In this document: piece after piece, positions 41,351 through 50,727 of the stretch | How positions within the stretch are numbered: the stretch's first letter is position 1 | Layout of the letters: each line of letters starts with the position of its first letter | IMG/VR virus record: IMGVR_UViG_3300041407_000094 | Coordinates: 17,123-81,122 of that record | DNA: 64,000 nucleotides | Source of the DNA: a virus | Strand: one strand, 5' to 3' | The notes under the pieces: model-generated | Seen by the model: the letters and a program-made list of their open reading frames with translations, nothing else | What the model was told of the DNA's origin: nothing | Database searches by the model: none | Program-made: the position numbers and the translations under genes

Positions 41351-42277
41351 GTGAGTGAGTGGAATTGGAGAGATAAAGCACAACGACTAAAAGAACAAGG
41401 TTTGTCTAGTCGGGAAATTGGTAAAATTTTAGGTAAGGGGAAATCTACTATTAATGATTATCTATCTTTAGTGAAAAAGATGGCTGCAAATATTCCTCTA
41501 GAAACAAAAGGTCCAAAGATTCTATTTATCGATATTGAAACGAAGCCCATCCTTGCACATGTATGGCGACTATTTGATCAGAACGTTGGATTGAACCAAA
41601 TCCAAGAAGATTGGTCAATCTTGTCTTACTGTGCAAAATGGAAAGGGTCTGACGAAGTAATTTATGAAGACCTTCAAGGATCTGCTGATTTTGAAGATGA
41701 TAGTAAACTTCTTGGTAATCTTTGGAAGTTGATGAATGAAGCCGATATTATTGTTGGTCAAAACAGTAAACGATTTGATGTGAAGAAAATCAATGCGCGT
41801 TTGGTACTGAACGGCTACCCTAAGCCAAGTACATTCCGTCAGATTGACACACTCAACATTGCTAAAGCTCAGTTTGGTTTTACAAGTAATAAGCTTCAAT
41901 ACATGACAGATCAGCTTTGCACCAAGTATAAGAAACTTGAGCATGGCAAGTTTGCAGGCCACTTGCTTTGGTCAGAATGTATGAAGAATAACCCAGAAGC
42001 TTGGGCTGAAATGAAACTGTATAATATCAATGATGTGTTGAGTCTAGAAGAACTCTACGACATTCTCAGTAGCTGGGACAATACACTTCCTAACTTTGAT
42101 GTCTATGTAGATGAAATTCTAGATATGTCTGTGTGGGAAGAAGATGGTTTCCATTACTCCAACGTGGGTAAATACAAACGGTATCGCAATAAAGTTACTG
42201 GTGTTCAACGTAGGTCGCGTGTTAATCTATTAAACAAAGAAAAGCGTGATAGTTTGTTGTCTAATATTGCGGGGTAA
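41351..42277 (+). CDS. DnaQ/RNase H-like 3'-5' exonuclease with N-terminal HTH
   Basis: FIDIET, GQNSKRFD, IDTL, YNINDV; N-terminal GLSSREIGKILGKGKSTI. Confidence 0.85.
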   Translation: MSEWNWRDKAQRLKEQGLSSREIGKILGKGKSTINDYLSLVKKMAANIPLETKGPKILFIDIETKPILAHVWRLFDQNVGLNQIQEDWSILSYCAKWKGSDEVIYEDLQGSADFEDDSKLLGNLWKLMNEADIIVGQNSKRFDVKKINARLVLNGYPKPSTFRQIDTLNIAKAQFGFTSNKLQYMTDQLCTKYKKLEHGKFAGHLLWSECMKNNPEAWAEMKLYNINDVLSLEELYDILSSWDNTLPNFDVYVDEILDMSVWEEDGFHYSNVGKYKRYRNKVTGVQRRSRVNLLNKEKRDSLLSNIAG

Positions 42278-42732
42278 GTAAATGAGCATTCACAACCGAG
42301 TACACGAAGCATATAAATACAAGCTACTAGCTGAATTTAAAGAAAACAAATATCTTCCACAAACCCCAGAAGGTCTGTTGGACTTCTTGTTTGACGATGA
42401 CAGTGAATACCGTATTTACTATTACAGCGATCCGTGGGGTAGCAGTAAGCGTACTATTGGTACTCGTCTCAACACTATTTGGATGATGCCTATTTGGGCT
42501 ATATGTGCCCCATTCCTATGGTTGTTTACAGGTGAGACAGGAATTAATCAGCACAGTAAGCTTGGTAAGTGGATTGCTAAAGTAACGGGGCTTTAAGTGG
42601 AAGACTACAAACTAAAGAACACTGTCAATCGCTTGGAGAATTCGGTTGACAGCTTGACTAAAGAAATCTATAATCTTAAACAATAGCAAGCAGATATGAT
42701 TGAGCAGATTAAACGACTGAAGGGAGAGAAAG

Positions 42733-43206
42733 ATGATTGCAAATAGTAGGTTTACAGATGGTGACCGTGTAATCTCTGTAAGGGACACGTCAGATGTGCC
42801 GGAAGGCTTTATTGGCACTTTACAGCACGCTCAAGGCGTGTTTGATTATGAAGTGACAGATGATAAGGGTAAAATGGAGTTATTTAATGATGATGAACTT
42901 GAGTTGTTGAGTGTCAGCAGTAAAGTTCATATCCCAAACGGCCTAGATCGTGATGATATTACACCACAAGAGATTCAAGGTATTCACCAGTCAGCACTAG
43001 ACAAACAAGTCAGTGGTAATCACTATAAAGATTGTGGTATTCAACCAATTGAGTATATTCACGCGAATAACCTTAGCTATCTTGAAGGGAATGTGATTAA
43101 ATACACAACTCGACACAGCAAGAAGAACGGGAAACAAGATATTCTTAAAGCTATTCATTACCTTGAACTAATCTTGGAAATGGAGTATAAAGGTGAAACA
43201 GAGTAA
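42733..43206 (+). CDS. DUF3310 (T7 gp1.7-like nucleotide kinase) domain protein
   Basis: QVSGNHYK..GIQPIEYI...GNVIKY..R...KNG.QD..KA.HYL. Confidence 0.85.
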   Translation: MIANSRFTDGDRVISVRDTSDVPEGFIGTLQHAQGVFDYEVTDDKGKMELFNDDELELLSVSSKVHIPNGLDRDDITPQEIQGIHQSALDKQVSGNHYKDCGIQPIEYIHANNLSYLEGNVIKYTTRHSKKNGKQDILKAIHYLELILEMEYKGETE

Positions 43207-43411
43207 GCTTCAGTCTCTGACGGAGACACTGACAAATACTGGTGTAGGAATGGTAGGAAGTTGGTTACTAACAATGGCTTGCCTAATGTTCTTCACTACA
43301 CCAGTTGGGATTGCAACATCGACCACCATTGCTTGCACTGTATGGTCGCTAGGAAGGGGTTATGTTGTAAGGCGTTATTTTGATTCAAAGCTGCAAACAC
43401 AAATTAATTAA
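43193..43411 (+). CDS. small two-TM phage membrane protein
   Basis: QSK.QSL.E..TN..VG ... S..RGY.VRR.F pattern. Confidence 0.65.
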   Translation: MKQSKLQSLTETLTNTGVGMVGSWLLTMACLMFFTTPVGIATSTTIACTVWSLGRGYVVRRYFDSKLQTQIN

Positions 43412-43419
43412 GGAGAGTT

Positions 43420-43908
43420 TTGGTGTCAAAGAAAGAATGTATAAAGTTTGGTTATGCAATCGGTAATCAACCTGCCATGGGTGATCACTGGGAAGTTTGG
43501 AAACAAGTGAAAGCTCAGTCTAAACTTATCCTAGAAGAAGTGAATGAACTTGAGGATGCTTGTTCAGAGGAAGACCTTCTAGAAGTGCTGGACGCTGTAA
43601 TGGACATCAAATACCTTAACACATATCTGGAACATCTGCTGGAAGCTTACGGCTGTAAGACAAAGCTTGCTTGGGAAACAGTGTGCTCAAATAATGCACA
43701 GAAGATTACAACCAGCTACACCTACGCACAAAGCAGTAAAGAATACCTAGAGTCTCGTGAAGAGGGTGAATTCTATATTGATGAAACTTTGTTTGAAGGT
43801 GAACGTCTATATACGGTAAAGCGCATGTCTGACAACAAAGTAATGAAGCTGAAGTCTCATGTACGTCCAGAACTTACCACTTGTATTCCTGAAGAGTTTA
43901 AAGTATGA
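43420..43908 (+). CDS. MazG-like nucleotide pyrophosphohydrolase
   Basis: LILEEVNEL...EVLDAVMD, V..NN..K and K..K motifs. Confidence 0.75.
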   Translation: MVSKKECIKFGYAIGNQPAMGDHWEVWKQVKAQSKLILEEVNELEDACSEEDLLEVLDAVMDIKYLNTYLEHLLEAYGCKTKLAWETVCSNNAQKITTSYTYAQSSKEYLESREEGEFYIDETLFEGERLYTVKRMSDNKVMKLKSHVRPELTTCIPEEFKV

Positions 43909-44076
43909 TTCACGCAAGCACTCAAACAGCTAGACCTAAAGCAGACTGGAAAGATTATGTCTTCAACAAAGAAGACTACAGTAAAGTGGTAGCTTCGGGG
44001 ATGTGTTGGGTGGTTTTTCCAGACTGGCCTACACCACAAGAGTTTGAAGAGTATTTGAATAATAAGGAGAAAGAAG

Positions 44077-44754
44077 TTGTTTGAATTTATCAAAGCGCAA
44101 GTAATCGGGGTAACAACACCGACTGTAGATTTCATCCCGACAGCAGAAGACCTTCCAGCCTTCTGCGCAAGGGTGAGTAACCCAGACAATCAAAAGAACT
44201 TTGATACAGCGGCAGGGCTTCTTAAATACTGCATGCGAGTTGGTCACTGGTCTGTATTTGATATGTCCAATATCGTTGTAGAGATTGAGGCTCCACGGGA
44301 TATTGCAAGGCAAGTGTTGCGACATTCAAGTATTAAGTTTCAAGAATTCAGTCAGCGTTATGCAGTAGCCCAGAACTTTGTTATTCGTGAAGCTCGTCTA
44401 CAAGACACAAAGAATCGTCAGAATAGTGTTGAGCTTGATAAGTTTAACGAAGAAGATTTTAACCTGATGCTTGCTTGGGAGAACAAGCAGCGAGAAGTGA
44501 TTGAACTAGTTAAAAAGAATTATAACTGGGCACTAGATAACAATATCGCCAAAGAGTGTGCTCGTGTTATTCTTCCTGAAGGTAATACAATGAGCTACAT
44601 GTATGCAAACGGTACAGTACGCCAGTGGATTACCTATCTGAAAGTTCGTGATGATCTAGGTGTTACACAGAAAGAACACGTAGACCTTGCACGAAAGATT
44701 AAACCTGTTATCATTGAACACTTCCCGTTCCTTGAAGAGTTGATGGAGAAATAA
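44077..44754 (+). CDS. thyX: flavin-dependent thymidylate synthase
   Basis: ARVSNP, GHWSVF, RQVLRHSS..FQEFSQRY, KECARVILP, TQKEH. Confidence 0.95.
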   Translation: MFEFIKAQVIGVTTPTVDFIPTAEDLPAFCARVSNPDNQKNFDTAAGLLKYCMRVGHWSVFDMSNIVVEIEAPRDIARQVLRHSSIKFQEFSQRYAVAQNFVIREARLQDTKNRQNSVELDKFNEEDFNLMLAWENKQREVIELVKKNYNWALDNNIAKECARVILPEGNTMSYMYANGTVRQWITYLKVRDDLGVTQKEHVDLARKIKPVIIEHFPFLEELMEK

Positions 44755-44949
44755 AATGATTAACGTAGATTACAAGTTCTCTGATTTCGTAAAAGAATAT
44801 CAAAACCTATTAATGATTCGTTTGGGGATGAGTGTTAGTGAATCGTCACGTTACATTGTTGATGTTATAGAAGACATCGAGGCGGCAGTTATGCAAGACA
44901 TTTCAGCATTTGAATTTTTCCAAGACGAACTTAAAGATGGGGTAGATGT

Positions 44950-45315
44950 ATGAGTGGTATCGGACATGTGTTGAGCATTAGTGATTTGCTTCTAATTGAT
45001 AATTTCAAAGCTGCTTTTGGTAGTGATGATAAAGTGGCCCTTGAAAAGATTCTTTTTGATAACGGCATTGATGTAGAAGAGCCATACACACTTGAGTATT
45101 CTAAGCATCGTAATTTGCGTGGTAATATTGTAAGTTGTGAACGATTTGTAGGAATTGAAAGGTCTGATATTAGCTGGCTGAAGTCTGGGGCGAGTAGTTG
45201 GGAAAATATCGTAGCTAATTGTGATCTAGACCTACGCATTCAATTGATGAATATGGGCAAGAATTACAGCAATACGGCACACATTGTGTCTGAGCTTGAA
45301 CGACACGCTAATTAA
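44950..45315 (+). CDS. hypothetical protein
   Basis: 121-aa ORF in the thyX-RNR operon. Confidence 0.7.
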   Translation: MSGIGHVLSISDLLLIDNFKAAFGSDDKVALEKILFDNGIDVEEPYTLEYSKHRNLRGNIVSCERFVGIERSDISWLKSGASSWENIVANCDLDLRIQLMNMGKNYSNTAHIVSELERHAN

Positions 45316-45324
45316 GGAGTATTT

Positions 45325-45987
45325 GTGGGAAAGAAACTAGTTTATGGAGTAGGTATAAATGACTTAGGTTACCCTATAACTAAGACAGAACAAGGTATTC
45401 GTGTATGGGAGTGTCCTTATTATAACAAGTGGATTGAGATGTTGAGGCGTGGATTCTCTGAAGCTGAGAAAGCAAGGCATTCAACTTATAAAAATACAAC
45501 CGTCTGTGATGAGTGGAGAACAGCAAGTGTGTTTAAAGCTTGGATGGAGCAACAAGACTGGAAAGGGTTGGACTTGGATAAGGATATACTTTTAAAAGGT
45601 AATAATATTTATAGTCCAGAAACAACAGTATTTGTTCCATCCTATATCAACACCTTACTTGTAACGAGCAGCGCTATTAGAGGTAAGTGGCCTTTAGGAG
45701 TATCTTTTGTAAAACAGAATTTCTTAAAAGGTGTGAGTAAAGTATTTAGGGCATCTATTAAAGATAAGAGAAACCTTGAATGTATACAGAAGAATCTGGG
45801 ACATTTTACAACACAAGATGAAGCTCATAGAACTTGGCAACAAGCTAAATATGAAGTATTCTTGCGGCGTCTAGATGAATACTCAAAAGACCCTCAGTTC
45901 AATCAGAAAGCATATGATGCAATCAAGATTCGTGCAATTAATTTAAAACTAGACATAGCTCTAGGAAAAGAAACTTTTAATATCTAA
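45325..45987 (+). CDS. HNH-family homing endonuclease
   Basis: VYGVGIND, FKAWMEQQDW, LDKDILLKGNNIYSPET.VFVP..IN; free-standing before the RNR gene. Confidence 0.85.
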   Translation: MGKKLVYGVGINDLGYPITKTEQGIRVWECPYYNKWIEMLRRGFSEAEKARHSTYKNTTVCDEWRTASVFKAWMEQQDWKGLDLDKDILLKGNNIYSPETTVFVPSYINTLLVTSSAIRGKWPLGVSFVKQNFLKGVSKVFRASIKDKRNLECIQKNLGHFTTQDEAHRTWQQAKYEVFLRRLDEYSKDPQFNQKAYDAIKIRAINLKLDIALGKETFNI

Positions 45988-45997
45988 GGAGTAACAA

Positions 45998-48217
45998 TTG
46001 AATACCGCTGGCAAAAAGATGATGAGTTCTTCTAAGTTTCACATGGGTTATTCTCGTTGGGATGAAGTGAAAGGAGGTTACGAAAGCTGGGGAGAGTCTG
46101 TTGAACGTGTGATGAATATGCACCGTCAGAAATATGCTTCTGTAATGACACCAGAGCTTGAAGAGTATATTGTTTTTGCAGAACAAGCCTACAAAGATAA
46201 AATTGTACTGGGGGCACAACGAGCATTGCAGTTTGGTGGTGAACAGTTGTTCAAACATGAAGCTCGTATGTATAACTGTTCAGTATCTCACTGTGACCGT
46301 GCCACTTTCTTTCAAGAAGCTATGTACTTGTTGTTGTGTGGTTGTGGTGTTGGCTTCTCTGTTCAAAGTCATCATGTTGCAAAACTCCCGAAAGTTCATA
46401 AGCGTTATGAGAAGAAAGTAAAAGTATTCCAAGTTCCAGATACAATTGAAGGCTGGGCTGACGCATTTGGTGTATTGTTCAGCAGTTACTTTGTTGATGG
46501 TGGCAGCTTCCCTGAATATAAAGGTTGCCAAGTACACTTTGATTTCAATAAGATTCGACCTAAAGGTTCATTGATTTCTGGTGGTTTTAAAGCTCCCGGT
46601 CCAGATGGTTTGCGTAGTGCGTTGGTCAAGTGTGAAGCTCTACTAGAAGCATTAGTTGAGGGGAAAACAGAGGCTGTTAGCGTTCCAACCATAACAGCCT
46701 ATGACTTTGTTATGCACATGTCTGACGCTGTTTTGAGTGGGGGTGTTCGCCGGTCTGCAACCATCTGTATGTTTGATAAAGATGATGAGTTGATGTTGAA
46801 GGCCAAGACGGGGGATTGGTTTGTTGACAACGCCCAACGTGGCCGCTCAAATAATTCTGTTATGCTAGTACGAGACGAACTAAGCCGTGAAGAGTGGGCT
46901 AACATTATGAAGTCTGTTAAAGACTTTGGTGAACCCGGTTTTATCTTCACAGAGAATAAAGAGTTCTGTTTCAATCCTTGCGTAGAAATTGGGATGTTGC
47001 CTGTAACAGAAGATGGTGTGTCAGGCTTTCAATTCTGCAATTTGTCGGAGCTGTCGGGGGACAAGTGCACAAGTAAAGAAGCTTTTCTTCACGCATGTAA
47101 AGCTGGTGCAATTCTTGGGACATTGCAAGCGGGTTATACGAATTTCAAGTATCTGTCTGATGCAACACGTAAGATTACAGAAAAAGAGTCTTTGCTTGGT
47201 GTGAGCATTACCGGCTGGATGAACAATCCTGATGTTCTGTTTAATCCTGAAAACATGATTGAAGGCGCTAACGTTGTTAAAGCTACAAACAAAGAAGTTG
47301 CACATCTCCTTGGAATCAATCAAGCAGCACGAACTACGGCTGTAAAGCCAAGTGGTAATGCTTCTGTTATTCTTGGTACAGCTTCTGGTATTCACGGGGA
47401 ACACAGTCCTAAATACTTGCGTAATGTCCAGATGAATGTAGGAGATGAAGTTACTCGTATCATCACTAAAACCAACCCTAAAATGGTTGAGCCAAGTGTT
47501 TGGAGTAGTAACGGGACAGACGTTGTAGTTAGCTTCCCTGTTGAAAGTAAAGAGGGCAGTATTTACAAGTCTGATTTGATGGGCGTGAAGCAGCTTGATT
47601 ATGTAAAAACTGCTCAGCAATATTGGATTGAACACGGTACTAACTATGAGCTTTGTGTTGACCCTGATCTTCGTCACAACGTAAGTAATACTATTACAGT
47701 TGATGATTGGGATGAAGTTGAGGAATATATCTACAACAATCGTAAATGGTTTGCGGGTATTTCTCTTCTGAGTAGTATGGGTGATCGGGCATATGCTCAA
47801 GCACCGTTTACTGAAGTGTTTACAGCACAACAGATTGTAGATATGTATGGGGATAGCTCAATGTTTGCATCTGGTTTGATTGTTGGTGCATTGCAAGCGT
47901 TCGGTAATAACTTGTGGATGGCCTGTGATACAGCACTTGGTTATGGGTTGAAACTTGACCCTGAAGACTCTAGTGACTTGTTGAAACGTGATTGGGTACG
48001 ACGAGTTAAGAAGTTTGCAGAACGTAACTTTGACGGGGATGTTATGAAACTTACCTTTATGCTCAAGGATTGTCATAATCTGCATAAATGGGTGGGCATT
48101 AATAGTAACTTCGTTGATGTAGATTTTGCTGTTGACCTATCTCAACAAAGCTACACAGAAGTAGATACAATGGGCAGCCAGGCTTGCGCAGGTGGTGTGT
48201 GTGAGATTAGCTTCTAA
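45998..48217 (+). CDS. nrdJ: class II (adenosylcobalamin-dependent) ribonucleotide reductase
   Basis: YNC, GCGVGF, GGVRRSA, SNNS, FNPCVEI, CNLSE, TAVKPSG; C-terminal CAGGVC redox pair; no nrdB-like partner in the window. Confidence 0.9.
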   Translation: MNTAGKKMMSSSKFHMGYSRWDEVKGGYESWGESVERVMNMHRQKYASVMTPELEEYIVFAEQAYKDKIVLGAQRALQFGGEQLFKHEARMYNCSVSHCDRATFFQEAMYLLLCGCGVGFSVQSHHVAKLPKVHKRYEKKVKVFQVPDTIEGWADAFGVLFSSYFVDGGSFPEYKGCQVHFDFNKIRPKGSLISGGFKAPGPDGLRSALVKCEALLEALVEGKTEAVSVPTITAYDFVMHMSDAVLSGGVRRSATICMFDKDDELMLKAKTGDWFVDNAQRGRSNNSVMLVRDELSREEWANIMKSVKDFGEPGFIFTENKEFCFNPCVEIGMLPVTEDGVSGFQFCNLSELSGDKCTSKEAFLHACKAGAILGTLQAGYTNFKYLSDATRKITEKESLLGVSITGWMNNPDVLFNPENMIEGANVVKATNKEVAHLLGINQAARTTAVKPSGNASVILGTASGIHGEHSPKYLRNVQMNVGDEVTRIITKTNPKMVEPSVWSSNGTDVVVSFPVESKEGSIYKSDLMGVKQLDYVKTAQQYWIEHGTNYELCVDPDLRHNVSNTITVDDWDEVEEYIYNNRKWFAGISLLSSMGDRAYAQAPFTEVFTAQQIVDMYGDSSMFASGLIVGALQAFGNNLWMACDTALGYGLKLDPEDSSDLLKRDWVRRVKKFAERNFDGDVMKLTFMLKDCHNLHKWVGINSNFVDVDFAVDLSQQSYTEVDTMGSQACAGGVCEISF

Positions 48218-48408
48218 TGGACTACATGGAACTAATGGAAAAGGTAGGTACACAGTCAAACGTATCTCACTCGTGCCCTCGATGTGAAAACCCGGTTAGA
48301 TGCGACATTATGCTAGGTAAAAACACTTGTTGGTGCTTCAGTGTACAGAGCAAGGGGTTAGAACTGAACGACGTTTGTATGTGTAAAAACTGCCTTAACA
48401 AGGCTTGA
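48217..48408 (+). CDS. cysteine-rich CWC family protein
   Basis: CPRC....C......CWC..........C.C..CL; TAATG overlap with nrdJ. Confidence 0.75.
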   Translation: MDYMELMEKVGTQSNVSHSCPRCENPVRCDIMLGKNTCWCFSVQSKGLELNDVCMCKNCLNKA

Positions 48409-48473
48409 CACGCTAATCTTATATGCTACACTTGACCCTACAAGAGCAGAGATGTTCTGTAGGGTTTCTTTTT
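48405..48473 (+). terminator. terminator overlapped by a sigma70 promoter
   Basis: TTGACA-16-TACACT (TGn extended), then ACCCTACA...TGTAGGGT-TTCTTTTT. Confidence 0.65.
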
Positions 48474-49106
48474 ATCTGGAGATTAATAATGACACGCGAA
48501 GAATTTGAATATCAATTGCTAGTGGTTGCAGACATTCAACGTCGTGAGGGTTGGAGTGAAAAGAGTATTGGACTTTATGCGCAGGAAAGAGTAAAATGAA
48601 AGACCATGAATTTAGACAAGAGGCAGCACGACAAAAGGCTGTGGAGAAATCTAAGAAAGTTAAATATATTCGTTACCCTTGAGGCTTAAAATGATGAAAG
48701 GTTATGAAGATCTAATTGCAGGATTACTCCTTCTAATTGTTGTACTAGTCGGTGGTTACACTTACCTGCAGAGTGAGGTATTTAAACAGAAGCAGAGTTT
48801 GCAAGTTCCGCTTGTTAAAGAGAAACCAATAGTGCAGAGAAGTGAGAAGACAATGTTCGAAACTGTTGTGAAGAGGACTGAGTGATGAATATCTATACTG
48901 CAATGAGTGACAAAGAAGTAGAAGAAGCTACAAAACTTCAAGACCTTATCAAGTCAGTAGTTAGTGCGTCAGAGGATATGTCAAGGGTGCTTGACTATAG
49001 ATTTGAAGTTAGATTTGCTGGTGTTGGGCAAACAACTCACTTCGTCTGTGAGGAACTGGGTATTAACAAAAATATTACAGATTATAATTGCTGGTAATTT
49101 GTAGGC

Positions 49107-49146
49107 AAAAGAAAGCCCCGAAAGACTCACGTCCTCGGGGCTTAAA
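49107..49146. terminator. terminator between the convergent replication and lysis operons
   Basis: AAGCCCCGA/TCGGGGCTT stem with an A tract on the left. Confidence 0.75.
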
Positions 49147-49206
49147 CATATCTGAAATAAGGCTAATGGCGTAGCCTATGTGCCTAGTGGCTTCTTATTC
49201 TTAGCT

Positions 49207-49548
49207 TTAATTATTCGTCAACGTGTTGATATTATTATTCACGATTTTCTGATTATTCTTCTTGTCAGCTTGCAACTGTTTCATTTGCATCTCAAGCACA
49301 TACACACGTTGATCTGTGCCAACTTGATAGCTGTCTTGTTTCTCTGATACATTGTTAATACGCTTTTCAAAGTATTCAACATTGTTCTTTATGGTATTCA
49401 GAGATTCTTGCTTTACTACATCCAACTTCAAACCGAAGTTACCTACATCCTCTGAGCTTTTGCTATTAGTCATAATGATAGCCAACATCGCTACTAACAG
49501 AACAAAAGTGAGTAGGTGAATAGTCCTTTCAAGTATCGTCCATATCAT
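49207..49548 (-). CDS. single-TM membrane protein of the lysis region
   Basis: N-terminal TM helix followed by a coiled coil. Confidence 0.65.
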   Translation of the reverse strand: MIWTILERTIHLLTFVLLVAMLAIIMTNSKSSEDVGNFGLKLDVVKQESLNTIKNNVEYFEKRINNVSEKQDSYQVGTDQRVYVLEMQMKQLQADKKNNQKIVNNNINTLTNN

Positions 49549-49557
49549 TGGATGCCT

Positions 49558-49875
49558 CTACCGTTGTTTGTTTTTAACACCTACAAAGTAGAGTTCGATG
49601 GTACGAATAATCTCTTGTTTGTCTGCTGCACTTCTTGCAATTAGGTCAGAGATACTGGCGTCAATCTTGTTGTTCAATCTGTTCTCTACCTCCCTCAAAT
49701 CTTCTCGGTTTACCTTGCCTGTCTGCATCGTAAGAACTTTTTCTTCAAGTCCTTTGAAGTCTGCTCGTTGAGCTTGGTAAGTCAGAAAGAGGGCACTAAC
49801 AATCAAAGAGAGCATACCCAAACAGAGTCGCTCCCATAGGTTGTTGATCCTAATGTTAGCATCGTCATTTGACAT
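49558..49875 (-). CDS. single-TM membrane protein (holin/antiholin candidate)
   Basis: TM helix plus coiled coil directly after the spanins. Confidence 0.55.
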   Translation of the reverse strand: MSNDDANIRINNLWERLCLGMLSLIVSALFLTYQAQRADFKGLEEKVLTMQTGKVNREDLREVENRLNNKIDASISDLIARSAADKQEIIRTIELYFVGVKNKQR

Positions 49876-50143
49876 TATAAAGGGCCTTTTGTTTTGCTTT
49901 GTTATCCTTAATCTTATTCATCTGCTTTTCCCACTTAGCAATACAACCTACATTAGTGTTCTGAGCAATAGCTAAGTCAATAAGACTCTCTCCAGTAGGA
50001 GTAGGTTTACAAGGGTTTACCAACAGATTGTCCGGGGGAAACACATTGGTCACTGTCGGGGTAGACTGAACACCAGCCGTTGCGAAGCAGCCTTGTAACA
50101 GAAGGACTAAGAAGCCCATCATCAGGCAAGAAATTGCTTTCAT
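49865..50143 (-). CDS. outer-membrane spanin (Rz1-like lipoprotein)
   Basis: Lipobox LLQGC, Pro-rich PPDNLLVNPC; overlaps the i-spanin gene in another frame. Confidence 0.8.
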   Translation of the reverse strand: MKAISCLMMGFLVLLLQGCFATAGVQSTPTVTNVFPPDNLLVNPCKPTPTGESLIDLAIAQNTNVGCIAKWEKQMNKIKDNKAKQKALYNVK

Positions 50144-50489
50144 TTTTAGTAGTCTCTTGTTTAGCAGCCACAACTGTGACAACTTTACTTATTACTTTCT
50201 TCACTGTAGCCAAGTCTTTAAGTTGACTGTTTACAGGAGAAATACCTTCATCAATCTTATTCTTCTCAGATACAAGCTCAGCACCAGACTCAGAGTCTAT
50301 TTGACAGCTTAAATCCTTTAAGTTAAGGGACTTTTGCATGTCAGAATTGACGTTAATAGCTTGGACTAGTGCTTCCACAGCTACTACTTTATCGTCGTGC
50401 AGAGATAGAGAAAGCCAGCCTAAAGCACCTACTGTTGCAGACAATCCAAAGATGATGTAGAACATCCAGCTATTGAACATCCTCATCAT
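50007..50489 (-). CDS. inner-membrane spanin (Rz-like)
   Basis: N-terminal TM, helical periplasmic region, C-terminal Cys; position after endolysin and holin. Confidence 0.75.
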   Translation of the reverse strand: MMRMFNSWMFYIIFGLSATVGALGWLSLSLHDDKVVAVEALVQAINVNSDMQKSLNLKDLSCQIDSESGAELVSEKNKIDEGISPVNSQLKDLATVKKVISKVVTVVAAKQETTKNESNFLPDDGLLSPSVTRLLRNGWCSVYPDSDQCVSPGQSVGKPL

Positions 50490-50727
50490 CCTCTTTCTGT
50501 GAGGTTTGTTTTAGGAACCTACCAACAAAACCAAGACTAGCAACACCACCCATCACTAACACAATATAGAAAGGGCTCATATAGACAAGCCCCATTCCAA
50601 ATGCTAAGGATAGACCGTAAGCTAAGGCAATGAGGACGTTAGCAATCAAACTGAGTGCAGAGTAGGAATGGAGTTGTTTCTTCCAGTCTTCAATAATAGA
50701 AGGAGGCTTACTTACCTTTAGTTTCAT
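50470..50727 (-). CDS. holin-like membrane protein
   Basis: IIEDWKK...YS, two TM helices, GRFLKQ; lies between endolysin and spanins. Confidence 0.65.
   Translation of the reverse strand: MKLKVSKPPSIIEDWKKQLHSYSALSLIANVLIALAYGLSLAFGMGLVYMSPFYIVLVMGGVASLGFVGRFLKQTSQKEDDEDVQ

Noticed and set aside
41351-44754. DNA hypermodification cluster
   Set aside because: Exonuclease, DUF3310, MazG-like and ThyX genes are ordinary nucleotide-supply genes; no glycosyltransferase, PurZ, Dpd/Que or hydroxymethylase was seen.
47021-47830. 269-aa minus-strand ORF and many other antisense ORFs in the track (e.g. 8127-8663, 31695-32018, 60147-60566)
   Set aside because: They lie opposite well-supported genes, lack RBSs and motifs, and look like codon-bias shadow frames.
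33340-48217. Group I introns or inteins in the polymerase, thyX or nrdJ
   Set aside because: All three frames are continuous with motifs in order. The neighbouring endonucleases are free-standing. The charged insert in PolB lacks intein C/S...HN ends.
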